Positions 30,049 through 39,560 of a DNA stretch of 64,000 nucleotides are shown here, one piece after another (position 1 is the stretch's first letter; the number at the start of each line of letters is the position of its first letter). The stretch is taken from assembly GCA_963777605.1 (NCBI GenBank), contig CAVZRV010000010.1, positions 192,001 to 256,000 on the forward strand. Reading direction: 5' to 3'. Made by a program: the position numbers and the translations under genes. This DNA is from an uncultured Acidobacteriota bacterium (GTDB lineage: Bacteria; Acidobacteriota; UBA6911; RPQK01; JAPXNP01). The notes beneath the pieces are model-generated. The model had not been told where the DNA came from. It ran no database searches and saw only the letters and a list, made by a program, of their open reading frames with translations.

Positions 30049-30839
30049 CCTCCCCTCCACTTTTCGACAAGAAGATCCTGATCACGCGGACTGCGAAACA
30101 GTCGGGCTCGTTCGTGGAACTTCTGGAAGGAGCCGGGGCGAAAGTCTTCCAGGTTCCGACGATAGAGATCGTACCCCTCGACCCGGCTCCGCTCGACCGT
30201 GCGATCGAGCAGATCGGCATTTACCACTGGCTCTTTTTCACGAGTGCCAACGCCGTGGACATCTTCTTTCACCGATACCGGGCCGTCGGCAATGGGAAAT
30301 TGCTTCCGCGGATCTGCTCCATTGGTCCGGCCACCAGTGCCCGCGTTCGCACCCAGGGTGCCGAAGTCTTCCTCCAGCCAGCCTTGTTCCAGGCCGAGGG
30401 AATCCTCGAGGAGTTCGGCGGACTCTACGCGGGCGACCTCACCGGTATCCGGATCCTGCTGCCTCGTGCCCGTGTCGCCCGCCAGATTTTGCCCGAACAG
30501 CTCCAGGTCCGTGGTGCCTCAGTCGACTTGATTCCGGTCTACGAGACCAGCATCCCCGATGAAAGCCGTCACCTGCTGGACAGGATCCTGACCCGGGAAC
30601 GCCCCGACCTGGTCACGTTCACCAGTTCCTCCACGGCACGCCACTTTGCAGAGTTGATCTCCGAACTGGACCTGGCCGAGGAGCCCGATCTCGACTGTGC
30701 CGCTATCGGGCCAATCACGGCGGACACTGCCAGGGAAGCCGGATTCCGAGTCGTTTGCATGCCGTCGAATTCGACAATTCCGGACCTCGTCAAGGAGATC
30801 GAAAAGTACTTCTCCGCTTCGTCATCCGCGCGGCCTTGA
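30045..30839 (+). CDS. hemD: Uroporphyrinogen-III synthase
   Basis: ILITR, FTSANAV, IGPAT, VYET, FTSSST, IGPITA; TTG start overlapping the hemC stop. Confidence 0.92.
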   Translation: MTSPPLFDKKILITRTAKQSGSFVELLEGAGAKVFQVPTIEIVPLDPAPLDRAIEQIGIYHWLFFTSANAVDIFFHRYRAVGNGKLLPRICSIGPATSARVRTQGAEVFLQPALFQAEGILEEFGGLYAGDLTGIRILLPRARVARQILPEQLQVRGASVDLIPVYETSIPDESRHLLDRILTRERPDLVTFTSSSTARHFAELISELDLAEEPDLDCAAIGPITADTAREAGFRVVCMPSNSTIPDLVKEIEKYFSASSSARP

Positions 30840-30870
30840 AAAGCCCCCGGCACGCCACTAAGCTTGCAGG
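30836..30870 (+). promoter_or_regulatory. Sigma70-type promoter giving a leaderless amidohydrolase transcript
   Basis: TTGAAA (30836-30841)-17 nt-TAAGCT (30859-30864)-6 nt-ATG 30871. Confidence 0.6.
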
Positions 30871-32580
30871 ATGTTGCGACTGCGTGCCTACGTCGTTCTC
30901 GTTGCGTGTCTGCTTCCAGCCTGGGCCTGCACTTCCCACATCGAGCCGGCCGACTTGGTCCTCCTGGATGGGAAGATCCTCACCCTGGAACCGGATAACC
31001 CCCAGGTCGAGGCACTCGCCGCGCGGGGAACAACCATCGTTGCGCTGGGCCCCTCCTCGGAAATCCGATCCTATATCGGGCCCGAGACAACCGTTCTCGA
31101 GTTGAATGGACGTCTCGCAACGCCGGGCCTGATCGAAAGCCACGCCCATTTCTCTGGACTGGGAGAATCAAAGCTCAACCTTGATCTCACGCCAGCACGG
31201 ACCTGGTCGGAGATTGTCGATCAGGTGAGAGAAACGGCCGCTGCGGCCGCTCCGGGGGAATGGATCGTCGGCCGGGGCTGGCACCAGGAGAAATGGGAGC
31301 ACTCGCCGAATGACTCGGTTGACGGTCTGCCCACGAACGCCGACTTGAGCCAGGCGTCGCCGGAAAACCCGGTCATCCTGGTCCACGCCAGCGGGCACGC
31401 CTCAATCGCCAACCTCAAGGCCATGGAACTGGCAGGGATCACCGCGGCAACTCCTGACCCGGGCGGCGGACAGATCGTCAAGAACCGGCGGGGACATCCA
31501 ATCGGTGTTTTCCGCGAGTCGGCACAGGGACTCGTTCGCAGGGCGTATGCAGAGGCACTGGCGGCCCGATCGCCTGAACAGGTTGAGGACTCCCGCCGCA
31601 AGATCGTGGAACTGGCGTCGCAGGAATGCCTTCGCTTTGGGATCAGCACGTTTCACGACGCAGGGGCCGGCTTTGATTTCATCGACTTTCTGAAACGGGA
31701 AGCGGACGAGGGACGTCTCCCGCTCCGTCTCTACGTCATGCTGAGTGCTTCCAACGATGAACTGGCACAGCGCCTTCAGGACTATCGAATCCTTGGCTAT
31801 GGCGACAATCACCTGACCGTCCGGGCAATCAAGCGGTTCGCCGACGGGGCGCTCGGTTCTCACGGCGCGTGGCTCCTGGAGCCGTACGACGATCTTTCGA
31901 CCAGCACCGGACTTCCCGCACAATCTATCGATGCACTAAGCCGCACAGCAGAACTGGCCGCCCAATACGGCTTCCAGCTCTGTACCCATGCGATTGGAGA
32001 CCGCGCCAACCGGGAAATTCTCGATCTCTACGAGAGAACCTACCGAACCGATCCCCAAAGGGACTGGCGCTGGCGAATCGAGCACGCCCAGCACCTCAAT
32101 CCCGCTGACATCCCTCGATTCGGAAAACTGGGTGTAATCGCGGCCATGCAGGGAATCCATGCCGTCTCGGACGGGTCCTGGGTTCCCAGAAGGCTGGGTG
32201 AAAAGAGAACCCGTGAAGGAGCCTACCCGTGGCGATCCCTGCTCGACTCCGGGGCAACCATCTGTAACGGCACGGACGCACCGGTCGAATCAGTTGACCC
32301 GGTTGCCTGTTTTCGGGCCAGCGTGACCCGGCGACTCTCCGACGGTTCCAATTTCTATCCCGAGCAGGCCATGACCCGGGAAGAAGCGTTGCGAAGTTAC
32401 ACCGCCGCTGGAGCCTACGCGTCGTTCGAAGAGGACATCAAGGGGACCCTGCGTCCCGGAAAATTGGCCGACATCGCCGTCTTCTCGGGCGATCTGATGA
32501 CGGTTTCGCCCGATCAACTCGGCCAGGTCGTCGCCGACTACACCATCGTCGGCGGCAAGATTGCGTACCGTCGGGACTAG
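30871..32580 (+). CDS. Amidohydrolase 3 (YtcJ-like), probable lipoprotein
   Basis: Lipobox AWAC; PGLIESHAH, KRFADGALGS, HAIGDRAN, RIEHAQ, GTDAPVE, GKLAD. Confidence 0.92.
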   Translation: MLRLRAYVVLVACLLPAWACTSHIEPADLVLLDGKILTLEPDNPQVEALAARGTTIVALGPSSEIRSYIGPETTVLELNGRLATPGLIESHAHFSGLGESKLNLDLTPARTWSEIVDQVRETAAAAAPGEWIVGRGWHQEKWEHSPNDSVDGLPTNADLSQASPENPVILVHASGHASIANLKAMELAGITAATPDPGGGQIVKNRRGHPIGVFRESAQGLVRRAYAEALAARSPEQVEDSRRKIVELASQECLRFGISTFHDAGAGFDFIDFLKREADEGRLPLRLYVMLSASNDELAQRLQDYRILGYGDNHLTVRAIKRFADGALGSHGAWLLEPYDDLSTSTGLPAQSIDALSRTAELAAQYGFQLCTHAIGDRANREILDLYERTYRTDPQRDWRWRIEHAQHLNPADIPRFGKLGVIAAMQGIHAVSDGSWVPRRLGEKRTREGAYPWRSLLDSGATICNGTDAPVESVDPVACFRASVTRRLSDGSNFYPEQAMTREEALRSYTAAGAYASFEEDIKGTLRPGKLADIAVFSGDLMTVSPDQLGQVVADYTIVGGKIAYRRD

Positions 32581-32637
32581 TCGATTTGAAACAGTTCCGC
32601 TAACTGAGGCAAGCGCCTCCCGGGAAAGGAACGAACC

Positions 32638-33627
32638 ATGAAAGTTCTTTGGTCACTCTTGTTTCTCGTTACCGCTTCCGCATGTTCCCAGCCGCCGGCG
32701 ACCCGCCCCGCCCCGACGGCCGAGGTAACCCAGGTGGACCGCATCCCGGTCATCCTGGATACCGATATCGGTGATGACATCGACGACACCTGGGCCCTGG
32801 CGCTTCTCCTCAACATGCCCGAAGTGGATCTGAAGATGGTTTTGACCGACTTTGGCGACACCCGGGCCCGGGCCGCCATCGCGGCGAAGTTTCTGGAGGC
32901 TTCGGCCCGCTCCGAGATCCCGGTCGGAATCGGGACGTTCATGGGCCAGGCCGACCTGCCCCAGAGTGCCTGGGCAGGCGATTATGACCTCTCCCAATAC
33001 CCCGGGACCGTCTACGAGAACGGGGTACAGGCCCTGGTCGACATGGTCATGAAGAGTCCCCAAGAGGTTGTGATCGTTGCCATCGGGCCCACGCCGAACA
33101 TCCAGGAAGCCCTCGAGCGTCAGCCCGCGATCGCCGGCAAGGCCCGCATCGTTGCCATGAGCGGCAGCGTTGACGTCGGGTACGACGGCAAAGCTACTCC
33201 CGACGCCGAGTACAACGTGGCGAAGGATCCGTCGGCAACCCGTGCCATGTACGGCGCCGGATGGGACGTCCTCCTCGCACCCCTTGACACGGCCGGCACC
33301 CTCCGCCTTCAAGGTGATCTCTACCAGAAGGTTCTCAACAGCACCAAGCCCGAAATTCGGGCCTTGATTGAGAACTATCGAATCTGGGCCAAGAAAGTTG
33401 CCCCTGGCAGGCTCGACCCCGACGTGGAGTCATCCGTGCTTTTCGACGCCCAGGCGGCCTCAATGGTGATCGAACACAAGTGGTTCGAAATCGACGAGGT
33501 CCCACTTGAAGTCATGAATGACGGTTTCACCCGTCGTTCCGAGGAAGGCTCCCGGGTCCGAGCTGCCCTGAAGTGGAAGGACAAGTCCGGCTTCGAGGCC
33601 TGGCTTGCCGATCGGCTCACTCGCTAG
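32638..33627 (+). CDS. Nucleoside hydrolase-family lipoprotein
   Basis: Lipobox ASAC; VILDTDIGDDIDD, AIGPTPN, AEYNV, APLD. Confidence 0.88.
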   Translation: MKVLWSLLFLVTASACSQPPATRPAPTAEVTQVDRIPVILDTDIGDDIDDTWALALLLNMPEVDLKMVLTDFGDTRARAAIAAKFLEASARSEIPVGIGTFMGQADLPQSAWAGDYDLSQYPGTVYENGVQALVDMVMKSPQEVVIVAIGPTPNIQEALERQPAIAGKARIVAMSGSVDVGYDGKATPDAEYNVAKDPSATRAMYGAGWDVLLAPLDTAGTLRLQGDLYQKVLNSTKPEIRALIENYRIWAKKVAPGRLDPDVESSVLFDAQAASMVIEHKWFEIDEVPLEVMNDGFTRRSEEGSRVRAALKWKDKSGFEAWLADRLTR

Positions 33628-33651
33628 TGGCCCGTTACCGAGTCAGAGGGC

Positions 33652-34452
33652 TCAGGCCATGTCGCGGCGAAGGGTAAGTCCGCCGTCTACCGTGATGACC
33701 TGTCCGGTGATGTAATTGTCAGGTTCCACCAGCAGGCGGATTACCTTGGCCACGTCCTCGGCACGGCCAAATCGCGGGATGATTCCCTTCTCCACGAAGT
33801 AGTCGTACTTTCCGGATGCGATAGAACTGAGAGCCATCCCGGCACGGTTCACCCCGGGGGCGATCACGTTGACCCGGATCCCGGCCGGACCGCCCCACTG
33901 CTTCGCCAGGATGCGGGCGGCGTGGATGAGCGCCGCCTTCGGCCCTCCATAAGGAATGCTCGACGGGAAAATCTCGACCGCCTGCATGGTCGAGAAAAAA
34001 ACGATGGAGCCGCGCCGGCTGGATGACTGGAGTTCCCTGGCAAACCGACGGGCGAGCACCAGCGGGCCGAAGTAGTTCACCGCCATGGAGGCTTCGAGAT
34101 CACCGATTTCGGCTTCCTCGAATTTCACGCGGGCCGGGCTCCCGACCAGGCTGACCAGCCCGTAAAGCTCCGACCCGGTCCGTCGGGAAGCCTCGATATA
34201 TCGCTCCTGTACCTCGGCGTCGATAAGGTCGCCGCCGACGGTTTCGACCGGGACCCCGTAGCCACGCAGGTGCTCCTTGAGACGGCCTGCTCGTTCCGCG
34301 TCCTGGCGGTACCCGATAACCAGCGAGGCTCCCTCCCTGGCCAGGAGTACGGCCGCGGCGGCACCAAGTCCTCCCGAGCCACCCGCAAGGAGAATCGTCT
34401 TGCCCCGCAGGGCCCCGTCGTTGAAATCGAACTGAAACTCCGGTGCACTCAT
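33652..34452 (-). CDS. Short-chain dehydrogenase/reductase
   Basis: GGSGGLG, YGGPK (YxxxK), IRVNVIAPG, YITGQVITVDGG. Confidence 0.92.
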   Translation of the reverse strand: MSAPEFQFDFNDGALRGKTILLAGGSGGLGAAAAVLLAREGASLVIGYRQDAERAGRLKEHLRGYGVPVETVGGDLIDAEVQERYIEASRRTGSELYGLVSLVGSPARVKFEEAEIGDLEASMAVNYFGPLVLARRFARELQSSSRRGSIVFFSTMQAVEIFPSSIPYGGPKAALIHAARILAKQWGGPAGIRVNVIAPGVNRAGMALSSIASGKYDYFVEKGIIPRFGRAEDVAKVIRLLVEPDNYITGQVITVDGGLTLRRDMA

Positions 34453-35387
34453 CGGGCCGTCAGCTCGTCTGCCTCCTGGAGATACCGTTCACATTCGATC
34501 GCCGCCCGGCAACCGGCACCGGCCGCGGTCACGGCCTGGCGGAACACGAAATCGTGTACGTCTCCTGCAGCAAAAACTCCCTCGATCTTCGTCCTCGATC
34601 CCTTTTCAAGGACCAGGTAACCATTCTCGTCTCGATCCAGGATTCCCTCAAAGATGTCGGTGTTGGGCCGGTGGCCGATTGCGACAAAGACTCCGTCGGT
34701 CTCCAGAACCGACTCCTCCCCCGACTTGACGTTCTTGAGCCGAACCGCCTCCACCTTCTTCTCTTCGGGGTCGAGAATGTCGGTGATGACGGTGTCCCAG
34801 AGGAACCGGATCTTGGGGTTGGCTACCGCCCGCTCGGCCATGATGTGAGAAGCACGCAGCTGGTCCCGACGGTGAATGATCGTGACACTGGTGGCGTGCT
34901 TGGTCAGATGGAGAGCGTCTTCCATGGCCGTGTCCCCACCACCCACAACTACGACTCGCTGCCCGCGGAAGAAGTACCCGTCGCAGGTGGCACAGGTGGA
35001 CACGCCGTATCCGAGCAGCTTTTGCTCCGACTCCAGCCCGATCAACTTCGCGGAAGCTCCGGTCGCAACGATCAGGCTTTCGGTCTGGTAGCTTTCGCTG
35101 TCCGTTTCGATAGCGAACGGCCTTCGGCTGAGATCGACGCGGGTCGCTCTTTCCATCACGTACTCGGCACCGAACCGCTGGGCCTGCTTCTTCATCTTTT
35201 CCACCAACTCGGGCCCCATGATGCCTTCCGCATATCCCGGGAAGTTCTCCACCAGCGTAGTCAGGGACAGCTGTCCCCCCGGTTCGAACCCTTCCAGCAC
35301 GAGAGGTTTCAGATCGGCCCTGGCCGTGTAGATGGCCGCCGTCGAACCGGCGCAGCCAGAACCCAGAATAATCGTCTTTCTTATCAT
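34449..35387 (-). CDS. trxB: Thioredoxin-disulfide reductase
   Basis: IILGSG, VENFPG, CATCDG, GGGDTA, HRRDQLRA, AAGDVHD; GAGG SD before ATG 35387. Confidence 0.97.
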   Translation of the reverse strand: MIRKTIILGSGCAGSTAAIYTARADLKPLVLEGFEPGGQLSLTTLVENFPGYAEGIMGPELVEKMKKQAQRFGAEYVMERATRVDLSRRPFAIETDSESYQTESLIVATGASAKLIGLESEQKLLGYGVSTCATCDGYFFRGQRVVVVGGGDTAMEDALHLTKHATSVTIIHRRDQLRASHIMAERAVANPKIRFLWDTVITDILDPEEKKVEAVRLKNVKSGEESVLETDGVFVAIGHRPNTDIFEGILDRDENGYLVLEKGSRTKIEGVFAAGDVHDFVFRQAVTAAGAGCRAAIECERYLQEADELTAR

Positions 35388-35505
35388 TTGCGGTAACCTT
35401 TCCTCAGTTTCCAGGAAGTGAGTAGAATACCAGTCAAGCCCCGGCGGGTCCATTCGCCGGGCTCTCCAAACCGGCCCGGTGCCGGGGGACGAAAGGAGGA
35501 CCAAA

Positions 35506-36618
35506 ATCGACACCGTAACAGCGCAATCCCTCTCCGATCACGTCCGTAACATGGTCTCCATCGTGGGAGAGAATCCCTACCTGCAGGCCCTGATCGTCGC
35601 GGCGGCATTTGTTGTCCTGGCCAAACTCGTTGACTGGATCATCAACCGAGGGATCTCAAGACTCGCCCGCCGAACTCAATCGAAAATAGACGACCGAATC
35701 ATCGAGCTCCTCCACTGGCCCGTATTCGCCACGGTAGTCCTTTTGGGATTGCTGCTCGCATTTCTGATTCTGGGTCCCGGTCCACATACCTCCGCAGTCG
35801 TCGGCAACCTGATCAAGACCATCGTGACCCTAATCTGGATCGCGTTCGGTCTCCGGGCGGCCAACACAATCCTCGCAGTCGTCGGCCGGGACCCGGGCCG
35901 GCGAAATATTCTACAACCTGCGACCCGTCCCCTGTTCGAAACCGCCAGCAAGCTGGTTATCATTGCGCTCGGCGTCTATTTCATCCTCCAGTCCTGGGGA
36001 GTCGACCCGGTCGGCTGGATTGCCACGGCTGGAATTGCCGCGGTCGCGGTGGGCCTGGCCGCCCAGGAGACCCTGGGAAACCTTTTCGCCGGGATTTCGA
36101 TCCTGGCAGACGCTCCCTACAAGATCGGGGACTACATCGTCCTCGACGGCCAGGAGAGAGGAAAAGTGACCAAGATCGGGTTGCGCAGCACGCGCATCCT
36201 GACGCGTGATGACGTCGAAGTGACGGTCCCGAACGCGGCCATCGCCCGAAGCAAGATCGTCAACGAGTCTTCCGGACGATGGCTCAAGCAGCGTCTCCGG
36301 ATCCCGGTTGGGGTTGCCTACGGTTCCGACGTTGACCTGGTCAAGAGGACTCTCATCGAGTCCGCCAAGTCCGGAGAGTACATCGCCGACGATCCGGAAC
36401 CCTGGGTAAAATTTGACGGCTTCGGGGACTCCGCGTTGAATTTCGAAATCCGTTGCTGGATCACGGACCCCGCCAGCCGCGGCCGTGCCATCGACAGCGT
36501 CAACACCGTGGTTTGCCGCAAGCTGGCCGAACGCGGAATCGAGATTCCCTACCCCAAGCGGGATGTCTACATAAAGGAACTGCCTGCACTGTTCCAGGCA
36601 AAATCAGATGAGCAGTGA
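35506..36618 (+). CDS. Small-conductance mechanosensitive channel (MscS family); start uncertain (ATC 35506 or ATG 35551)
   Basis: AVGLAAQETLGNLFAG, PYKIGDYI, IGLRSTRI, VPN, GFGDSALNF, IEIPYP. Confidence 0.9.
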   Translation: MDTVTAQSLSDHVRNMVSIVGENPYLQALIVAAAFVVLAKLVDWIINRGISRLARRTQSKIDDRIIELLHWPVFATVVLLGLLLAFLILGPGPHTSAVVGNLIKTIVTLIWIAFGLRAANTILAVVGRDPGRRNILQPATRPLFETASKLVIIALGVYFILQSWGVDPVGWIATAGIAAVAVGLAAQETLGNLFAGISILADAPYKIGDYIVLDGQERGKVTKIGLRSTRILTRDDVEVTVPNAAIARSKIVNESSGRWLKQRLRIPVGVAYGSDVDLVKRTLIESAKSGEYIADDPEPWVKFDGFGDSALNFEIRCWITDPASRGRAIDSVNTVVCRKLAERGIEIPYPKRDVYIKELPALFQAKSDEQ

Positions 36619-36663
36619 GAGGCCTGACCGGTCAGACTGGGCAGACTCTATCTCGACCTGCGC

Positions 36664-39516
36664 TTACTGCAACCCGAGGACCTCGGCATCACGGTCGGAC
36701 AACCAACCGCCGTCCGAACGAAGCTTGACACTCTCATCACGCCGCCAGGACCGTTCACACCGGGGCTGATCCTTGAGATTCAGCACCTCGATGCTCGTCT
36801 CCGCCCCTTCCTCCAGGGTGAGACGGCTCACGCCGCAGAGATCAGAGAGTTCGGCCCGGAACGGCCGTAACTGCTCGAGCATCCGCCCGGCGACCACCGC
36901 TCGAACACCGGAATCGAGAGGATTCTTCAGCTCCGGGTCGTTGGCCCTGGCAGTCTCCAGCGACTTGAGCACCTGGCCGCGAAATTCCATGACCGTCTTC
37001 CACCGATCTTCCGCGGGGTGATCGAATTCCACCGGGAACTCCTCGAGGTGGACGGAAGTCTCCGAGTCCATGTCCTGCCCGCGAAGTGCGAGCCAAGCCT
37101 CTTCCGCCGTGTGAACCAGGATCGGCGCGATCGTCCGGATCAGGGCATCCGCCAACCGGTAAATCACCGCCTGGCTTCTCTTGCGTCGGCGGCTGTCGGG
37201 CCGGTCGCAGTACAGGCGATCCTTGATTGCCGCCAGGTAGACCGCACTCAGTTCGTCGTTGCAGAAATTGAAGATTGCCTCGGAAACCCGCTTGAACTGA
37301 AAACGTTCGTAGTTCGACCGGGTTTCCGCAATAAACGAGGAGAGTCTCCCCATCACCCAGGAGTCGATGCTCAACAGGTCCTCTTCATCCCACTCCGGCT
37401 CGGGGGCGCCAGGATCGAAGTCGTTCAGGTTTCCGAGGAGGAAACGGAGCGTGTTTCGGACTTTCCGGTATTCCTCCCCGGCGACCTTGAAGAACTCCCA
37501 GTCCACCTTGATGTCGGTCGTGTAATTGAGAGAACTGACCCACCAGCGGCAGATGTCCGCGCCATGGGTCTTGAGGACGTCCCCAACTTCGAGAGCGTTG
37601 CCTCCTGACTTGCTCATCTTCCGCCCTTCGGCGTCAACCATGAACCCATGAGTCAGCACGGTCTTGAATGGAGAGACGCCGGTCGCACCCAGAGCCGGAA
37701 GCAGGGAAAGTTGAAACCAGCCCCGATGCTGGTCCGATCCTTCCAGGTAGAGATCGGCCGGGTACCCGATCTTGCGTTCTCGCAGCACCCCGTTCCAGGA
37801 AGAGCCCGACTCGAACCAGACATCAAAGATGTCCTGGCTCTTGTGCAATTCGGCGAAGATCGCAGCGCCCTTCGAGCGGGCCCACTCGGGAGCCTCTGGG
37901 TCGTCGGCAGGATCGTACCCTTCCAACAGGTCTGCCGGCTCGGCGCGGAACCAGTAGTCGGCCCCGGAGCCGCGAACCACCTGGGCCACGGCCTTTACCG
38001 ACCGATTCGTGAGGAGCGCTTCTCCTTGGTCGTTTAGGAACGCGGGAATTGGGAGTCCCCATGCCCGCTGGCGACTGATGCACCAGTCGGGACGGGCCTC
38101 GAGCATGCCTTCCAGGCGGCTCTGGCCCCACTCGGGAACGAACCGGATCCGGTCCCGGGCCGCCGCGAGCGCCCGTTGCCGCAGGGAGTGATCCTCCGTG
38201 CCGAAGGGCTTGTCAACTGCGATGAACCACTGTTCGGTCGCCCTGAAGATGGTCGGGGTCTTGCTCCGCCAGTCGTGAGGATAGCTGTGCTCGTACTGGT
38301 GGTCGAAGTAGAGATCCCCCGAATCACGCAGCCACTCGACGATCAGCTTGTTGGCCGACCAGACGTCTACACCCTGCAGCCATTCCGGCACAGACTCATC
38401 GAATGTGCCGTCTCCCAGCACCGGACAGTAGACCGGCAGGTCGTTCTGGAGGCCGGTGTAGTAGTCTTCGGCACCGTGCCCCGGGGCGGTGTGGACTAGG
38501 CCCGTGCCGTCCTCGAGCGTGACGTAGTCTGCGGTTACCACGATCCCGTCACGATCGACAAAGGGATGGCGATAGGTAATGCCGGCATCCGCCAACTCCT
38601 TTCCCGTAGCCGTCCCCAGGAGATCATAACTGGTTCCCGCTTCGCGACCCAGAACCCGTGCCGCCAGGGCTTCCGCGACAACAATGAAGCGTTCCGAGCC
38701 GCCCTGGGAAACACGAAAGAGCCCGTATTCGGCGGCCGGGCCGACTGCCACCGCGAGGTTCGCAGGGAGCGTCCAGGGTGTTGTGGTCCAGATCATCAGG
38801 CTTGCCGATTTCCCCGCAGGAAGTCCCAGCGCGGAAGGCAGTCTTTCCGGTTCGTTGACCGCAAACAGCACGTAAACACTGGTATCGGTTCGATCGTAGT
38901 ACTCCAGCTCAGCCTCCGCGAGCGCAGTCTGGTTGGCGATCGACCAGTGGACCGGCTTCACGTCACGATATACGATGCCCTGGGCGACCAGCTCGGCAAA
39001 GACTTCAAGAACGGCCCCTTCGTATGCGGGGTCCATGGTGACATAAGGGTGCTTGTAGTCCGCGACGGTCCCCAGACGCTGCATCTGTTCGGCCTGCAGC
39101 TTGACATATCGGGAGGCGTAGTCATGGCAGAGCTTGCGGATCTCGACGGTTTCCAGATCCCGGCCTTTCGGTCCGAGTTCCTTGAGGACCCGGTGCTCGA
39201 TCGGGAGCCCGTGGCAATCCCAGCCCGGCACATAGTGCACTGCATTGCCGTCCATCTGGCGCGAGCGGACCACCAGGTCTTTCAAGATCTTGTTGAGCAG
39301 GTGTCCCATATGGATCGCGCCGTTGGCGTACGGCGGGCCATCATGGAAAACGTACTTCTTCTGAACGGGCCTTTCCTGCAGACGATCGTAGAGCCGCATA
39401 CGGTCCCAACGTTCCTGGTGTTTCGGCTCGGCCTGGAGCAGATTAGCCCTCATCGAAAACGAGGTGCGCGGTAACTGTAGCGTAGAACTGTAGTCTCTCT
39501 TGGTATCGTTACTCAT
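36664..39516 (-). CDS. ileS: Isoleucine--tRNA ligase, type 1
   Basis: HDGPPYANG.IHMGH, PGWDCHGLPIE, WTTTPWTLPAN, WCISRQRAWG, EGSDQHRGWF, KMSKS. Confidence 0.97.
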   Translation of the reverse strand: MSNDTKRDYSSTLQLPRTSFSMRANLLQAEPKHQERWDRMRLYDRLQERPVQKKYVFHDGPPYANGAIHMGHLLNKILKDLVVRSRQMDGNAVHYVPGWDCHGLPIEHRVLKELGPKGRDLETVEIRKLCHDYASRYVKLQAEQMQRLGTVADYKHPYVTMDPAYEGAVLEVFAELVAQGIVYRDVKPVHWSIANQTALAEAELEYYDRTDTSVYVLFAVNEPERLPSALGLPAGKSASLMIWTTTPWTLPANLAVAVGPAAEYGLFRVSQGGSERFIVVAEALAARVLGREAGTSYDLLGTATGKELADAGITYRHPFVDRDGIVVTADYVTLEDGTGLVHTAPGHGAEDYYTGLQNDLPVYCPVLGDGTFDESVPEWLQGVDVWSANKLIVEWLRDSGDLYFDHQYEHSYPHDWRSKTPTIFRATEQWFIAVDKPFGTEDHSLRQRALAAARDRIRFVPEWGQSRLEGMLEARPDWCISRQRAWGLPIPAFLNDQGEALLTNRSVKAVAQVVRGSGADYWFRAEPADLLEGYDPADDPEAPEWARSKGAAIFAELHKSQDIFDVWFESGSSWNGVLRERKIGYPADLYLEGSDQHRGWFQLSLLPALGATGVSPFKTVLTHGFMVDAEGRKMSKSGGNALEVGDVLKTHGADICRWWVSSLNYTTDIKVDWEFFKVAGEEYRKVRNTLRFLLGNLNDFDPGAPEPEWDEEDLLSIDSWVMGRLSSFIAETRSNYERFQFKRVSEAIFNFCNDELSAVYLAAIKDRLYCDRPDSRRRKRSQAVIYRLADALIRTIAPILVHTAEEAWLALRGQDMDSETSVHLEEFPVEFDHPAEDRWKTVMEFRGQVLKSLETARANDPELKNPLDSGVRAVVAGRMLEQLRPFRAELSDLCGVSRLTLEEGAETSIEVLNLKDQPRCERSWRRDESVKLRSDGGWLSDRDAEVLGLQ

Positions 39517-39560
39517 GAAAAACCTCTTTGTGCGATCGAAACCAAGAGTTTAGCGCAAAA

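Noticed and set aside
39290-39320. HMGH instead of HIGH in IleRS as a sign of mupirocin resistance
   Set aside because: HMGH is a common variant in ordinary type-1 IleRS
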